A stretch of 64,000 bases of DNA, taken from assembly GCA_036517335.1 (NCBI GenBank), contig DATDWX010000006.1, positions 1,279 through 65,278 of the forward strand, read 5' to 3'. Position numbers and translations under genes: made by a program. Within the stretch, counting starts at the first letter, position 1, and each line of letters starts with the position of its first letter. The notes beneath the pieces were generated by a model that did not search any database, was not told the DNA's origin, and worked only from the letters and a program-made list of their open reading frames with translations. Of the stretch, positions 40,114 through 48,990 are shown in pieces. This DNA comes from Minisyncoccota bacterium. GTDB taxonomy: Bacteria > Patescibacteriota > Minisyncoccia > Phycocordibacterales > UBA2100.

Positions 40114-40992
40114 ATGACCCCATGCTTTGCGGTGGAGTTTGAGACACCAAAGAAATATATTTTGCGTGGGCTATGGTTCGGTCCGCCTGCCCGCCGTGGA
40201 GGGAAAAAACCCAGGCGCACGGTGCTCTGGGTGCACGGGCTCGGCTCCTCCGCTTTCAGCATGCATCACGTCACTAAGTCGCTTTTAAACAAAAACACAG
40301 GGGTCCTCACATTTAACAACCGTGGACACGATATTGTCAGCAAGACGCATTGCAGCGTCGGAAAAAGAGGGATCCTGGGAGGCACCGCCCATGAGAAGTT
40401 TACCGATTGCGTTGACGATATTCAGGGCGCGATCAATTTCGCACGCAAGCAAGGCGTGAAAAATATCTACCTTGCCGGGCACTCAACCGGCTGCCAGAAA
40501 TCCATCTATTGGGCATATAGAAAGAAGTCGCGCGTGGTGAAAGGAATAATTCTCCTTGCTCCCATCAGCGACTGGTCGGCCGAGATGCATTTGCAGGGCA
40601 AGAAAAAAATAGACCGCGCTACGAAGATTGCCCGACAGATGGTGCAACGAGGAAAGAAGCACGAACTACTGCCACCAGGGCTTTGGCACCAAGCACTTGA
40701 TGCGCAGCGATTTTTGAGTTTGTGCACACCTGATTCTGTGGAGGAAATATTTTCATACGCCCAACCGAACAAGAATCCGCGAACTTTACGCTCTGTTAGG
40801 AAACCCCTACTCGTTCTCTTGGCCGAAAAAGATGAATACGCCGACCGACCCGCAAAGGAAATCGCTGCGTGGTTTGAAAAAAATCTGACCAATAAACATA
40901 AAGTGGTGATTATCTCCGGCGTGAAGCATAGTTTTAAAGGCGCGGAGAAGCGGGTGGCGAAAGCTATAAAAGAATTCATTGCGGTACAATAA
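40114..40992 (+). CDS. Alpha/beta hydrolase fold protein
   Basis: Nucleophile elbow GHSTG and HGLGSS near the N-terminus. Confidence 0.7.
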   Translation: MTPCFAVEFETPKKYILRGLWFGPPARRGGKKPRRTVLWVHGLGSSAFSMHHVTKSLLNKNTGVLTFNNRGHDIVSKTHCSVGKRGILGGTAHEKFTDCVDDIQGAINFARKQGVKNIYLAGHSTGCQKSIYWAYRKKSRVVKGIILLAPISDWSAEMHLQGKKKIDRATKIARQMVQRGKKHELLPPGLWHQALDAQRFLSLCTPDSVEEIFSYAQPNKNPRTLRSVRKPLLVLLAEKDEYADRPAKEIAAWFEKNLTNKHKVVIISGVKHSFKGAEKRVAKAIKEFIAVQ

Positions 40993-41012
40993 CTTTCTAT
41001 GATGCATTTTAC

Positions 41013-41033
41013 TCTCTCTCTCTCTCTCTCGTA
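41013..41033. repeat. (TC)10 dinucleotide microsatellite
   Basis: ctctctctctctctctctctc lies between the hydrolase stop and the 3-prime end of the DGR RT gene. Confidence 0.9.
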
Positions 41034-41067
41034 TTCGCGCCTGACCTTTTGAAGGCGGAAGCAACAA

Positions 41068-42111
41068 TCACTTTCTTACCCAGTATCTGTTTTTCAGAGT
41101 TTTGCTCAACCGATGCGCGTCGGCGTGTTTCAGTGCGCCCAAATAGGATTGGAGAACCGCGTTCATTTCAGCGTCTTCGATGGCTCCGTTCCGGTAAAAA
41201 TAATAAGCATGTCTGATCTTGCGAAACATCCGCTGTTTGCTTTTCTCGCGCATCAGCCGATGATGCGGGAACTGAACGTACCCGAGAAAGTCTACTCCCT
41301 TGTGGTACTTAATTATTTCCACTTTATCCGGATGCAACCCAAGCTTGAGTTTTTCTTGCAGGAACTGTTCGATGGGGGCGAGCAGTTTTTCAAGTCCCGC
41401 TTTGTCGCTGGAAACGAGAATAAAATCGTCGGTGTAGCGGACGTAATGCTTTATCTTCAATTCTTGTTTAACAAACTGGTCAAACTCGTTCATGTACACG
41501 TTGGCAAAGAGTTGCGAAGTCAGATTGCCGATGGGCACGCCTCGCGCGTGAAAGAGGTCAGGGCGGCCGGACTCAAAGCTGTCAACGATTTCTTTCAGCA
41601 ACTGCATTACTTCCGGATCCTTGATCCGCCGCGCCAGTATTGCAAGCAATATCTCGTGATCGATGCTGTCAAAAAACTTCCGGACATCGCACTTCAAGGC
41701 ATAACACTCTCGTGTGCCGTTGCGGCTCACAGCGCGAAGCATCTGCGCCAGTCGCCCCACGCCCCTGTGCGTGCCCTTGCCAATGCGGCACGAAAAGGAG
41801 TCGGCAATGAAGCCTGGTTCGAAAATCGGATTGAGCATTTTGAAAATCGCGTGATGCAGCACACGGTCGCGCACCGTAGCTTTGTGAATATGTCTGCGTT
41901 TCGGATCAGTGATGTAGAAGCCGGTATACGGCCCATGCTTGTATATTTTGTTTCTAAGGTCTCGGTGCAACTGAAAAATATACTGCTCCACCTTTTGCTC
42001 GAAATTCATTACGTCTGCCTTGTTTCGCTTCTCGCTTTTAAATATGTCCCATGCCACGAACAGATGTTCGGCCGAGGTCATTCTCTCGAATATTCGCTTG
42101 TACGTTTTCAT
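41068..42111 (-). CDS. Diversity-generating retroelement (DGR) reverse transcriptase
   Basis: 347 aa. RT motifs include the catalytic YTDD (RYTDDFILV) and the DGR-specific IGNxxSQ motif (GVPIGNLTSQLFANVYMNEF) in place of the QGxxxSP of group II intron and retron RTs. Confidence 0.85.
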   Translation of the reverse strand: MKTYKRIFERMTSAEHLFVAWDIFKSEKRNKADVMNFEQKVEQYIFQLHRDLRNKIYKHGPYTGFYITDPKRRHIHKATVRDRVLHHAIFKMLNPIFEPGFIADSFSCRIGKGTHRGVGRLAQMLRAVSRNGTRECYALKCDVRKFFDSIDHEILLAILARRIKDPEVMQLLKEIVDSFESGRPDLFHARGVPIGNLTSQLFANVYMNEFDQFVKQELKIKHYVRYTDDFILVSSDKAGLEKLLAPIEQFLQEKLKLGLHPDKVEIIKYHKGVDFLGYVQFPHHRLMREKSKQRMFRKIRHAYYFYRNGAIEDAEMNAVLQSYLGALKHADAHRLSKTLKNRYWVRK

Positions 42112-42117
42112 ATATGA

Positions 42118-42464
42118 ATGACGCTGACATTCCCATTCTCAAAAAGTCCTACGACCTCTATCGCACTTTCAACGAGTACCGAAGGGTGGTGCCCAAGGCC
42201 GACCGCCATACGATCTACGAGCGTAGCGAGAATGCGATCCTCGACATGGTCGAGTACATACTCGAAGCCGGATACAGCAAGAGCGGCGACAAGGTAGCAA
42301 TTCTTGAACGCGCGAGCGTGAAGCTCAACCTATTGCGCTTTTTTGTACGGCTCATGAAAGAGACGCGTTCTATCGACACGAAGAAATATACCGTTCTGCA
42401 AGCTCACATCGATGAGATTGGCAGGATGCTCGGCGGGTGGATACGCTCGCAGGGGAGTAAGTAA
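42118..42464 (+). CDS. avd: DGR accessory variability determinant (Avd; four-helix-bundle protein, 23S rRNA-intervening-sequence protein family)
   Basis: About 115 aa (MNDADIPILKKSYDLYRTFNEY...LLRFFVRLMKETR...AHIDEIGRMLGGWIRSQ) with Avd-like helical segmentation and a basic C-terminus. It is divergent from the RT gene. Confidence 0.7.
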
Positions 42465-42513
42465 GCGAAAGGGCATCCTCTCGGATGCCCCAACGCCCGG
42501 TGAGGAGTGACTT

Positions 42514-42643
42514 CGGGACGGACACCGACACGGAGCCATAGTTCTCATTCGGCTTGTCGACGTCGTTCATGTCGAACTTCAGCTTGTCGTCGTTGAAGTT
42601 GAGGTACGGCGAGTTCGAGAACTCGGCCTCGTCGTCCGGACGT
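42514..42643 (-). repeat. DGR template repeat (TR), 130 bp, minus-strand sense
   Basis: The reverse complement aligns over 130 bp with the target gene 3-prime end (43964..44093). The 21-22 mismatches all fall at TR adenines (for example AAC to AGC/GGC/CGC/GTC, GAC to GGC, AAG to AGG/GGG). The last 27 bp are identical. Confidence 0.85.
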
Positions 42644-43169
42644 ATGCCTTCGCCCGTCCGTGGCACCGAAGCTCGAACGTCTTTCCTGTTGGCAACAGGC
42701 GGCGCTCTCACTCCTGAATTTTATCCGGCAGCAGGGGCTCCAAATAATTACATTGAGCTCAATCCTCTGCCTTGAACGAAGGCAAGCAGTATCTCCTCAC
42801 ACCGGCACTCTCTCGCGAACCGTGATCCGCAAAACTCTGGCCTGTTTCTCATCCAGCAGGATGACCTACTGGGTCGGAAGAGAAAGAGTTCGGCGACGGC
42901 AATCCGTGAACGGCCGTGCATTAGCCTAGACTCGTAATAAAGTATACCCTAGGAAGTCCTTGACCTATATCGTGATTTTGCCCACCACAAGTCGCTCCGC
43001 TCTTGACTAGGTGGCTCAATCCTGATATAGTGCCAGGCGGTCTTTGAAAACATGGATCACTAGTTGAGGCGAGCTTTTTGATGCTTGAATAATGTAGGCA
43101 CTAAAAAGCCCGCCTCACAAACGAGGCAGCCGCAACTGCTGAAGCGGATTCAGCGCAACCTGAGAAAGG

Positions 43170-44099
43170 ATGGCTCCGATGGTAACATTGGCTCCGTCTG
43201 TTACCCACAGCGATGACAAGGGCCGCAAGTTCATGGACATCGTCGGGACGGCATACGACAAGGCAAAGCTCCCCGAAGATGAAGCGCAAAACGTCAACGA
43301 CGCACCCGGTCTTGCCGAGGTGGTCGCCGGCTTCATCGCCGACAATCGGTCTTCCAACAAGTACAAGAAGGAGGAGGTCAAGCCGCGCTGGCCCTATCCG
43401 GCCAGCTACAAGCGCGAAGCGATCGAGCGGCAGATCGACATCCTGCGCTCGGCGGCGAACTTCCCGTTCATCGATCCGGATCCGGCGATCAAGTACTACC
43501 GCGAGGTGTACGGGTCGCTCCGGCAGCCGGAATGGGTGGAGGGGCCGTTCATCATCATGCCGACCTCGACCTTGGCCAAGCACTTCTTCCCCGAAATCAC
43601 CGACGTGGCCGATCAGCATTGCCGCGCCGTCAACATCGGGATCGAGAAGCTCGGCGCGTCGCGTCCGTTCCACAACTGGCGTGCAGGCGAAATCACGACG
43701 GATCGTTTCCGGCGGAAAGCCCGCTACGTCCCGATGTACGACCGGCTCTATGCGACACAGCCGAACAGCGACCTGATCGTCGTGGGCGGCCAGTACGGCA
43801 AGTTCCACGGTGGCCAGCCGATGCGTCGTGCGCTGGAGCGGATGCAAGGCCAAGTGAGCGAGCTTCCCGCCGGTGCGCTCGAGGGTGTCGTCATGGCACT
43901 CGCGAACCCGACCCGGTACTCCAAGTGGGAAGAGCTGGACACCGACCTTCCGGCGGACGAATTCCGTCCGGGCGACGAGGCCGGGTTCTCGGTCTCGCCG
44001 TACCTCAGCTTCGGCGGCGACAGGCTGAGGTTCGGCATGCGCGGCGTCGGCGGGCCGCTTGAGCGCTATGGCTCCGTGTCGGTGTCCGTCCCGCAGTGA
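43170..44099 (+). CDS. DGR target (variable) protein. The N-terminal ~265 aa are of unknown function, and the C-terminal VR is presumably C-type-lectin/FGE-like. No obvious signal peptide.
   Basis: 309-aa ORF whose last ~43 codons form the variable repeat. The C-terminus ...RPGDEAGFSVSPYLSFGGDRLRFGMRGVGGPLERYGSVSVSVPQ matches the TR-encoded ...RPDDEAEFSNSPYLNFNDDKLKFDMNDVDKPNENYGSVSVSVP. Confidence 0.8.
   Translation: MAPMVTLAPSVTHSDDKGRKFMDIVGTAYDKAKLPEDEAQNVNDAPGLAEVVAGFIADNRSSNKYKKEEVKPRWPYPASYKREAIERQIDILRSAANFPFIDPDPAIKYYREVYGSLRQPEWVEGPFIIMPTSTLAKHFFPEITDVADQHCRAVNIGIEKLGASRPFHNWRAGEITTDRFRRKARYVPMYDRLYATQPNSDLIVVGGQYGKFHGGQPMRRALERMQGQVSELPAGALEGVVMALANPTRYSKWEELDTDLPADEFRPGDEAGFSVSPYLSFGGDRLRFGMRGVGGPLERYGSVSVSVPQ
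43964..44093 (+). repeat. DGR variable repeat (VR) at the 3-prime end of the target gene
   Basis: See the TR entry: 130-bp match with only adenine-specific differences and a conserved 27-bp 3-prime end (the presumed IMH region, tatggctccgtgtcggtgtccgtcccg). Confidence 0.85.
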
Positions 44100-44196
44100 T
44101 CCTCGCATCTCGAATCCTCGGATCTTTTGATTTCTTGATCCCTGGGTTCGAAAATTTTTCAGGGCTGTCTACTCGCTGGGCAGCTCTGCTTTCTTT

Positions 44197-44229
44197 AAAA
44201 CCCGCAAGGCGACGCCTTGCGGGTTTTTT
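44197..44229 (+). terminator. Rho-independent terminator downstream of the DGR target gene
   Basis: aaaacccgcaaggc-gac-gccttgcgggtttttt: a perfect 12-bp stem followed by a T-run. Confidence 0.7.
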
Positions 44230-44264
44230 ACGAAACGCCAAGTAGCTATGCTAAACTTGCGCTC

Positions 44265-45008
44265 ATGAACGAGGGGATCAAGGTTATTTTGGCGCCAGAG
44301 CAGTTGGGGACCTTTTTTGGGATTCCCATTACGAATACTTTGCTGATGAGCTGGGTGGTCGTGGCACTCCTACTCGTCGTTGCCGTTCTCGTAGGTAAGC
44401 GCTTGCAGCTCACGCCGTCTCGCCCCCAGGTGCTCTTCGAGTGGCTCGTCGAATTCGTGTACGACTATATTGCCGAGATTTTGGAGAGCCGGGAGCTTGC
44501 GCGCAAATTCTTTCCATATCTCTGTACCGTCTTCCTGTTTATTTTCGTCTCAAATCTCATTGAATTCACGCCCGGCATTGGCTCCATCGGATTGTTTGCG
44601 CATGACGGGGAATTTTTTCCGCTCTTGCGCAGTGTAAACACCGACCTAAACGTCACTTTGATGCTCGCCATCCTTTCCTTCCTCGTCATCGAGATCACGG
44701 GCATCCTTGTCATCGGCGCTGCAAAATACGCCGGCAAATTTCTCAATTTCCGCCACGGCTTTGTTGGATTTTTCGTCGGTATTTTCGAATTTCTCTCCGA
44801 ACTCTCGCGCATCGTTTCGTTTTCGTTCCGTCTGTTTGGCAATGTATTCGCTGGCGAAGTGCTGATACTCGTCGTCATTTTCTTCCTGCCGGTCGTCGCG
44901 CCCGTGCCGGTCATGATGTTTGAGCTCTTTGTGGGCTTCGTGCAGGCCGCTATCTTCGCGCTTCTGACGCTCTTTTTCATCAAAATAGCCATCATGGACC
45001 CGCATTGA
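44265..45008 (+). CDS. atpB: F-type ATP synthase subunit a
   Basis: 247 aa from MNEGIKVILAPEQLG, with 5-6 TM segments and the conserved Arg region (LSRIVSFSFRLFGNVFAGEVL). Confidence 0.9.
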   Translation: MNEGIKVILAPEQLGTFFGIPITNTLLMSWVVVALLLVVAVLVGKRLQLTPSRPQVLFEWLVEFVYDYIAEILESRELARKFFPYLCTVFLFIFVSNLIEFTPGIGSIGLFAHDGEFFPLLRSVNTDLNVTLMLAILSFLVIEITGILVIGAAKYAGKFLNFRHGFVGFFVGIFEFLSELSRIVSFSFRLFGNVFAGEVLILVVIFFLPVVAPVPVMMFELFVGFVQAAIFALLTLFFIKIAIMDPH

Positions 45009-45011
45009 TCG

Positions 45012-45311
45012 TTGAATATAAGAGTCATGATGCGTTTTGAATCTCCATACGGCCACATTGTGCTCACCGACGAACGCAAGCAACATATCCTTGCGTATCA
45101 TCCCGACATGGCCGACTGTTTTCGGCACTTCGCATTGACGCTTGCAAAGCCGGAGCGCGAGATCCGCTCGGTGCATGATCCATTGGCCATCATCTGCTAC
45201 AAATTTCTTCCACATCGTAAGAAATACCTTGCAATCGTGGTCAAAACGGGCGTACACCCGTTCGTATTAACCGCGTATTTGGTAAAAAGGCTGAGGGGCG
45301 CTACACTTTGA
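45012..45311 (+). CDS. DUF4258-family protein (toxin component of the DUF4258/DUF2283 type II TA pair)
   Basis: 99 aa (...HIVLTDERKQHILAYHP...KYLAIVVKTGVHPFVLTAYLVKRL), a pattern typical of DUF4258. The stop overlaps the start of the next ORF (ATGA). Confidence 0.55.
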   Translation: MNIRVMMRFESPYGHIVLTDERKQHILAYHPDMADCFRHFALTLAKPEREIRSVHDPLAIICYKFLPHRKKYLAIVVKTGVHPFVLTAYLVKRLRGATL

Positions 45312-45535
45312 ACATGCTTAGATACTTCTATGACAAAGAGGCCGATGTGTTTTATTTCTCGCAGGGCGTTCCGAGCGCATCGGATGAGACAATCGAAGCA
45401 GGAGATGACGTGCTTCTGCGCATTGCTCCGCGCTCAAAGAAAGTTCGCGGCTTCACGCTCCTCAACGCCTCACGCCGTTTGCGCGGCACCTCGCGCTCGG
45501 CGGTGCTTCCATTCATACTCGCCCCTACAAGATGA
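45308..45535 (+). CDS. DUF2283-family protein (antitoxin partner of DUF4258)
   Basis: 75 aa beginning MLRYFYDKEADVFYFS, which matches the DUF2283 hallmark YDxEADxLYI. Confidence 0.6.
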   Translation: MNMLRYFYDKEADVFYFSQGVPSASDETIEAGDDVLLRIAPRSKKVRGFTLLNASRRLRGTSRSAVLPFILAPTR

Positions 45536-45584
45536 TCGGCTTCGTGCCGACCAAAATCGCGTTCGACGCGACACCCTCCTCACA

Positions 45585-45643
45585 CTCTTCTTCATCAAAA
45601 TCGCCATCATGGACCCGCATGGGGAGACGCATTGAGCAAATGC
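45585..45643 (+). repeat. Duplicated copy of the atpB 3-prime end (displaced gene end at the cassette junction)
   Basis: ctcttcttcatcaaaatcgccatcatggacccgcat repeats atpB 44968..45005 with one mismatch in a 31-bp core. In frame it reads LLTLFFIKIAIMDPHGETH-stop. Confidence 0.8.
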
Positions 45644-45690
45644 ATTTTTAGTGGTAGCTTTTAAAAATCACATCGACGCGGGAGGCTGCA

Positions 45691-46062
45691 ATGTGTCATG
45701 GTTCTTTGAACGAATCCAACCCTCATTCGGTCTGGTTTAGCAGATTACTCATAGCGGTGGCTGCGATTTTGATGTTCGCGGTCGTGGTCTCGATAAGTGA
45801 AATCATCAGTCCATCAGCCGGGGTATTCAGTCGCGTTATGTACACCCCCGAGCAGAGAGCAGACAACATTGCTGCGAATCGCGAGTGGAATGAGGCCGTT
45901 GCTGTGCACACTCGCTTACTATCTCGCAAAACAATCCTTTGTGCGGATCCTCAGAAATGGGCAACCGCAAAAGAGCAAGACAAGCAACGATGGCACGACT
46001 ATATGCTGCGGTCGAACTATAGGACGTTCCGCTCGGAGGATCCGAGTTGCTACAATCCATAG
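45691..46062 (+). CDS. Hypothetical single-TM protein between the TA cassette and atpE
   Basis: 123-aa ORF with one hydrophobic helix; no recognisable motif. Confidence 0.3.
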   Translation: MCHGSLNESNPHSVWFSRLLIAVAAILMFAVVVSISEIISPSAGVFSRVMYTPEQRADNIAANREWNEAVAVHTRLLSRKTILCADPQKWATAKEQDKQRWHDYMLRSNYRTFRSEDPSCYNP

Positions 46063-46199
46063 CGTGGACCGTTATTGTGCCGACGGAGCGACTGCTTCGT
46101 CGGCCGCTCTGTTTTATCCGCATTGAATTGACGATTTTTGATGCTATTATGGGGCAGTCGAATTCATTTTTACTAAAACCTATAACCTAATCTATATAA

Positions 46200-46436
<237 letters not shown>

Positions 46437-46544
46437 TTTTGGCGCGATGCGTCGTTGGACATCAATTGCCCGCACTCGCCGTATATGCATACGTCTCGCT
46501 TGGCAATCTCGTCCGCCTAGCCTCGCATCCAAAATAACGTAAAC

Positions 46545-47006
46545 TTGGAAATCAACATGTCCGACTTATTCGCAGCATTCGGTGTCAACTGGAAACTCCT
46601 GCTCATCCAGGCGGTGAATTTTGGGCTGCTACTTGCGGCACTCTCATACTTCCTCTACAAACCCATCCTGAAAATAATTGACGAGCGACGCGAGAAGATC
46701 GCGGAAGGTGTGCGGATAGCAAACGCGGCAGCAAAGAAGCTCGAGGATGCCAAGGGGGAGAGTGATTCGATGATAGGAGCTGCGGCCAAAGAGGCGGAGG
46801 AGCTTGTGGCCACCGCGCGCATGCGCGCCGATGAAAAGGGCAGCGAGATGATGAAGCAGGCACAATCCCGCTCCGATGCGCTTCTCTCGGAGGCACAGGC
46901 GCGCGCCGAAGAGGCGAAACGACAGGCCATCCAAGAGAGTGAGCGTGAGATCGCGCGCGCAGCGATGCTCGCGGCAGAGAAAATTATGAAGCAAAAATCC
47001 GCATAA
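46545..47006 (+). CDS. atpF: F-type ATP synthase subunit b
   Basis: N-terminal TM segment followed by a long charged coiled-coil (ILKIIDERREKIAEGV...), in atpF position. Confidence 0.85.
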   Translation: MEINMSDLFAAFGVNWKLLLIQAVNFGLLLAALSYFLYKPILKIIDERREKIAEGVRIANAAAKKLEDAKGESDSMIGAAAKEAEELVATARMRADEKGSEMMKQAQSRSDALLSEAQARAEEAKRQAIQESEREIARAAMLAAEKIMKQKSA

Positions 47007-47008
47007 AT

Positions 47009-47395
47009 ATGGAACAAGCGTACGCAAAAGTGTTGTGTGAGCTTATCAAAAACGGTAAGAAACCCACCGATGCAGTTCGTGCGCTGAAGGAGTTGTTGGA
47101 GATCCGTGGTCGCATAGCGCTTTTGCCCAAGATAGCGCGGGCGTTTGCGAGGCTGGCGGCTCGCGAAGAAGCTCGCGGCAAGCTCACACTTACCGTGGCG
47201 CGGCGGGGGGACGCAAAACATGCGATCAAGGAGGTAGAGAAATTTTTGACCACACAGAAGATCAGTGATACGGATCTCTGTGAAGAAGTAGACGAGACCC
47301 TCATCGGTGGCTGGCGTTTGGAGGGGCAGGGAGTGCTCGTAGACGCGAGCTGGAAAAAGAGCCTACTTTCAATATATACTGCCTCTACTCAATAA
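47009..47395 (+). CDS. atpH: F-type ATP synthase subunit delta (short form)
   Basis: 128 aa with the OSCP/delta-like C-terminus ([22 protein letters not shown]). Position between atpF and atpA. Confidence 0.75.
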   Translation: MEQAYAKVLCELIKNGKKPTDAVRALKELLEIRGRIALLPKIARAFARLAAREEARGKLTLTVARRGDAKHAIKEVEKFLTTQKISDTDLCEEVDETLIGGWRLEGQGVLVDASWKKSLLSIYTASTQ

Positions 47396-47400
47396 CTGGT

Positions 47401-48987
47401 ATGGCCCAATCAAGCATCGTCGAGAAGATCATCAAAGAGATAGAGGGGCACGTGGGTGCACAGCTGTCCGAGCACGTAGGCAAGGTCACGTCAGTGGGCG
47501 ATGGTGTGGTCGCTATAGATGGCCTTGCGCGCGCAGTGATGAGCGAAGTCGTGGAGTTTGAAGAAGCTAAGGGAAAAAAGTTGGCTGATGCGATCGATTC
47601 GCCAGCAAGCGGAAAAGGGAAACTGTACGGACTCGTCCTCAATCTCGAAGAAGATAGCGTGCGTGCCACGATCCTCGGCGATACGTCGCGGGTACACGAA
47701 GGTATGACGGTGAAATCCACCGGCAACGTGCTGATGGTACCATCGGGAGAAGAACTCTTGGGCCGCGTTGTCAATGCGCTTGGTGAGCCGCTCGATGGCA
47801 AAGGTCCATTCAAAAACGCTGCGATGATGCCGATCGAGCGCCAAGCTGCCGGGGTGATAGATCGCAAATCGGTCTCTGTGCCGCTGGCAACTGGCATCGT
47901 CGCGATAGACGCGATGATCCCCATCGGCCGCGGCCAGCGCGAGCTCATCATTGGTGATCGCGCGACTGGCAAGACCACCGTCGCGATAGATACCATCATC
48001 AACCAGCGGTATGAGCCCGAAGAGAGTCGTCCGATTTGTATCTACGTAGCGATAGGTCAGAAGGAAAGTAAGACAGCGCGCATTGTGGAGCAGCTGCGGC
48101 AGGAAGGCGCACTCGGCTATACCATCATCGTGGATGCGCCCGCCTCCGCGCCCGCCGCGCTCCAATTCCTTGCCCCGTTCGCTGGGGTGGCGATCGGCGA
48201 GTATTTTATGGATGCTGGCCGCGATGTGCTGATCATCTACGACGACCTCTCCAAGCAAGCGGTCGCATACCGAGAACTGAGCCTTCTCTTGCGTCGTCCG
48301 CCGGGCCGCGAGGCGTACCCGGGCGATATTTTCTACTTACACTCGCGCCTCCTGGAGCGCGCGTGCCGCTTGAGCGAAGAAAAAGGCGGTGGCTCCATCA
48401 CCGCGCTCCCCATCATCGAGACGCAAGAAGGCGATGTGTCCGGCTACATTCCGACCAATGTCATCTCCATCACCGACGGGCAGATCTTCCTCACGAGCAA
48501 CCTCTTCAACAAAGGTGTGCGACCTGCCATCGATGTGGGTATTTCCGTTTCGCGCGTCGGCTCGTCGGCGCAGACCAAGGCGATGAAATCGGTGGCAGGT
48601 ACTCTCAAACTCACACTCGCACAGTTCCGCGACCTGGAGGCATTTATGCAATTTGCACAGGATCTTGACAAGGTGACCGCTGATCAGATCGCGACCGGTC
48701 AGCGTATGGTAGAGCTCCTGAAGCAGAAAAATGGCGCACCAATCCCGATGGAAAAGCAAGTGGTCATGCTTTTTGCTGCGATGAGCAAACTTTTTGCCGA
48801 AACACCGATCGCGCGCGTGCAGGAAGCAGCGCGCGGCTTCGCCGAATTCATCGACACCGAACACGCTGGTGAACTAAAGGAAATCAATGCTACGGGCGTA
48901 CTTTCTGATGATCTCAAGAAAACCCTCACACATGCGATGGAAGAATTCCGACTTGGACACAAAGAATTCTTCGCGGAAGTCAAGTAG
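47401..48987 (+). CDS. atpA: F-type ATP synthase subunit alpha
   Basis: 528 aa with Walker [10 protein letters not shown] and canonical alpha-subunit blocks. Confidence 0.97.
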   Translation: MAQSSIVEKIIKEIEGHVGAQLSEHVGKVTSVGDGVVAIDGLARAVMSEVVEFEEAKGKKLADAIDSPASGKGKLYGLVLNLEEDSVRATILGDTSRVHEGMTVKSTGNVLMVPSGEELLGRVVNALGEPLDGKGPFKNAAMMPIERQAAGVIDRKSVSVPLATGIVAIDAMIPIGRGQRELIIGDRATGKTTVAIDTIINQRYEPEESRPICIYVAIGQKESKTARIVEQLRQEGALGYTIIVDAPASAPAALQFLAPFAGVAIGEYFMDAGRDVLIIYDDLSKQAVAYRELSLLLRRPPGREAYPGDIFYLHSRLLERACRLSEEKGGGSITALPIIETQEGDVSGYIPTNVISITDGQIFLTSNLFNKGVRPAIDVGISVSRVGSSAQTKAMKSVAGTLKLTLAQFRDLEAFMQFAQDLDKVTADQIATGQRMVELLKQKNGAPIPMEKQVVMLFAAMSKLFAETPIARVQEAARGFAEFIDTEHAGELKEINATGVLSDDLKKTLTHAMEEFRLGHKEFFAEVK

Positions 48988-48990
48988 GGT

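Noticed and set aside
42370-42711. 113-aa minus-strand ORF covering the DGR template repeat. Its translation mirrors the target protein C-terminus, so it could be mistaken for a paralogous target gene.
   Set aside because: The resemblance is an automatic consequence of the TR being a near-copy of the VR coding sequence. The ORF runs antisense into avd, has no upstream gene context, and TRs are non-coding templates.
43101-44108. Long overlapping ORFs on both strands across the DGR target gene (for example 43101..44108 minus, 43213..43776 plus, 43532..44062 plus)
   Set aside because: These are alternative frames in very GC-rich DNA with Arg/Ala/Pro-rich low-complexity translations. The plus-strand frame 43170..44099 is the one that carries the TR-matching VR.
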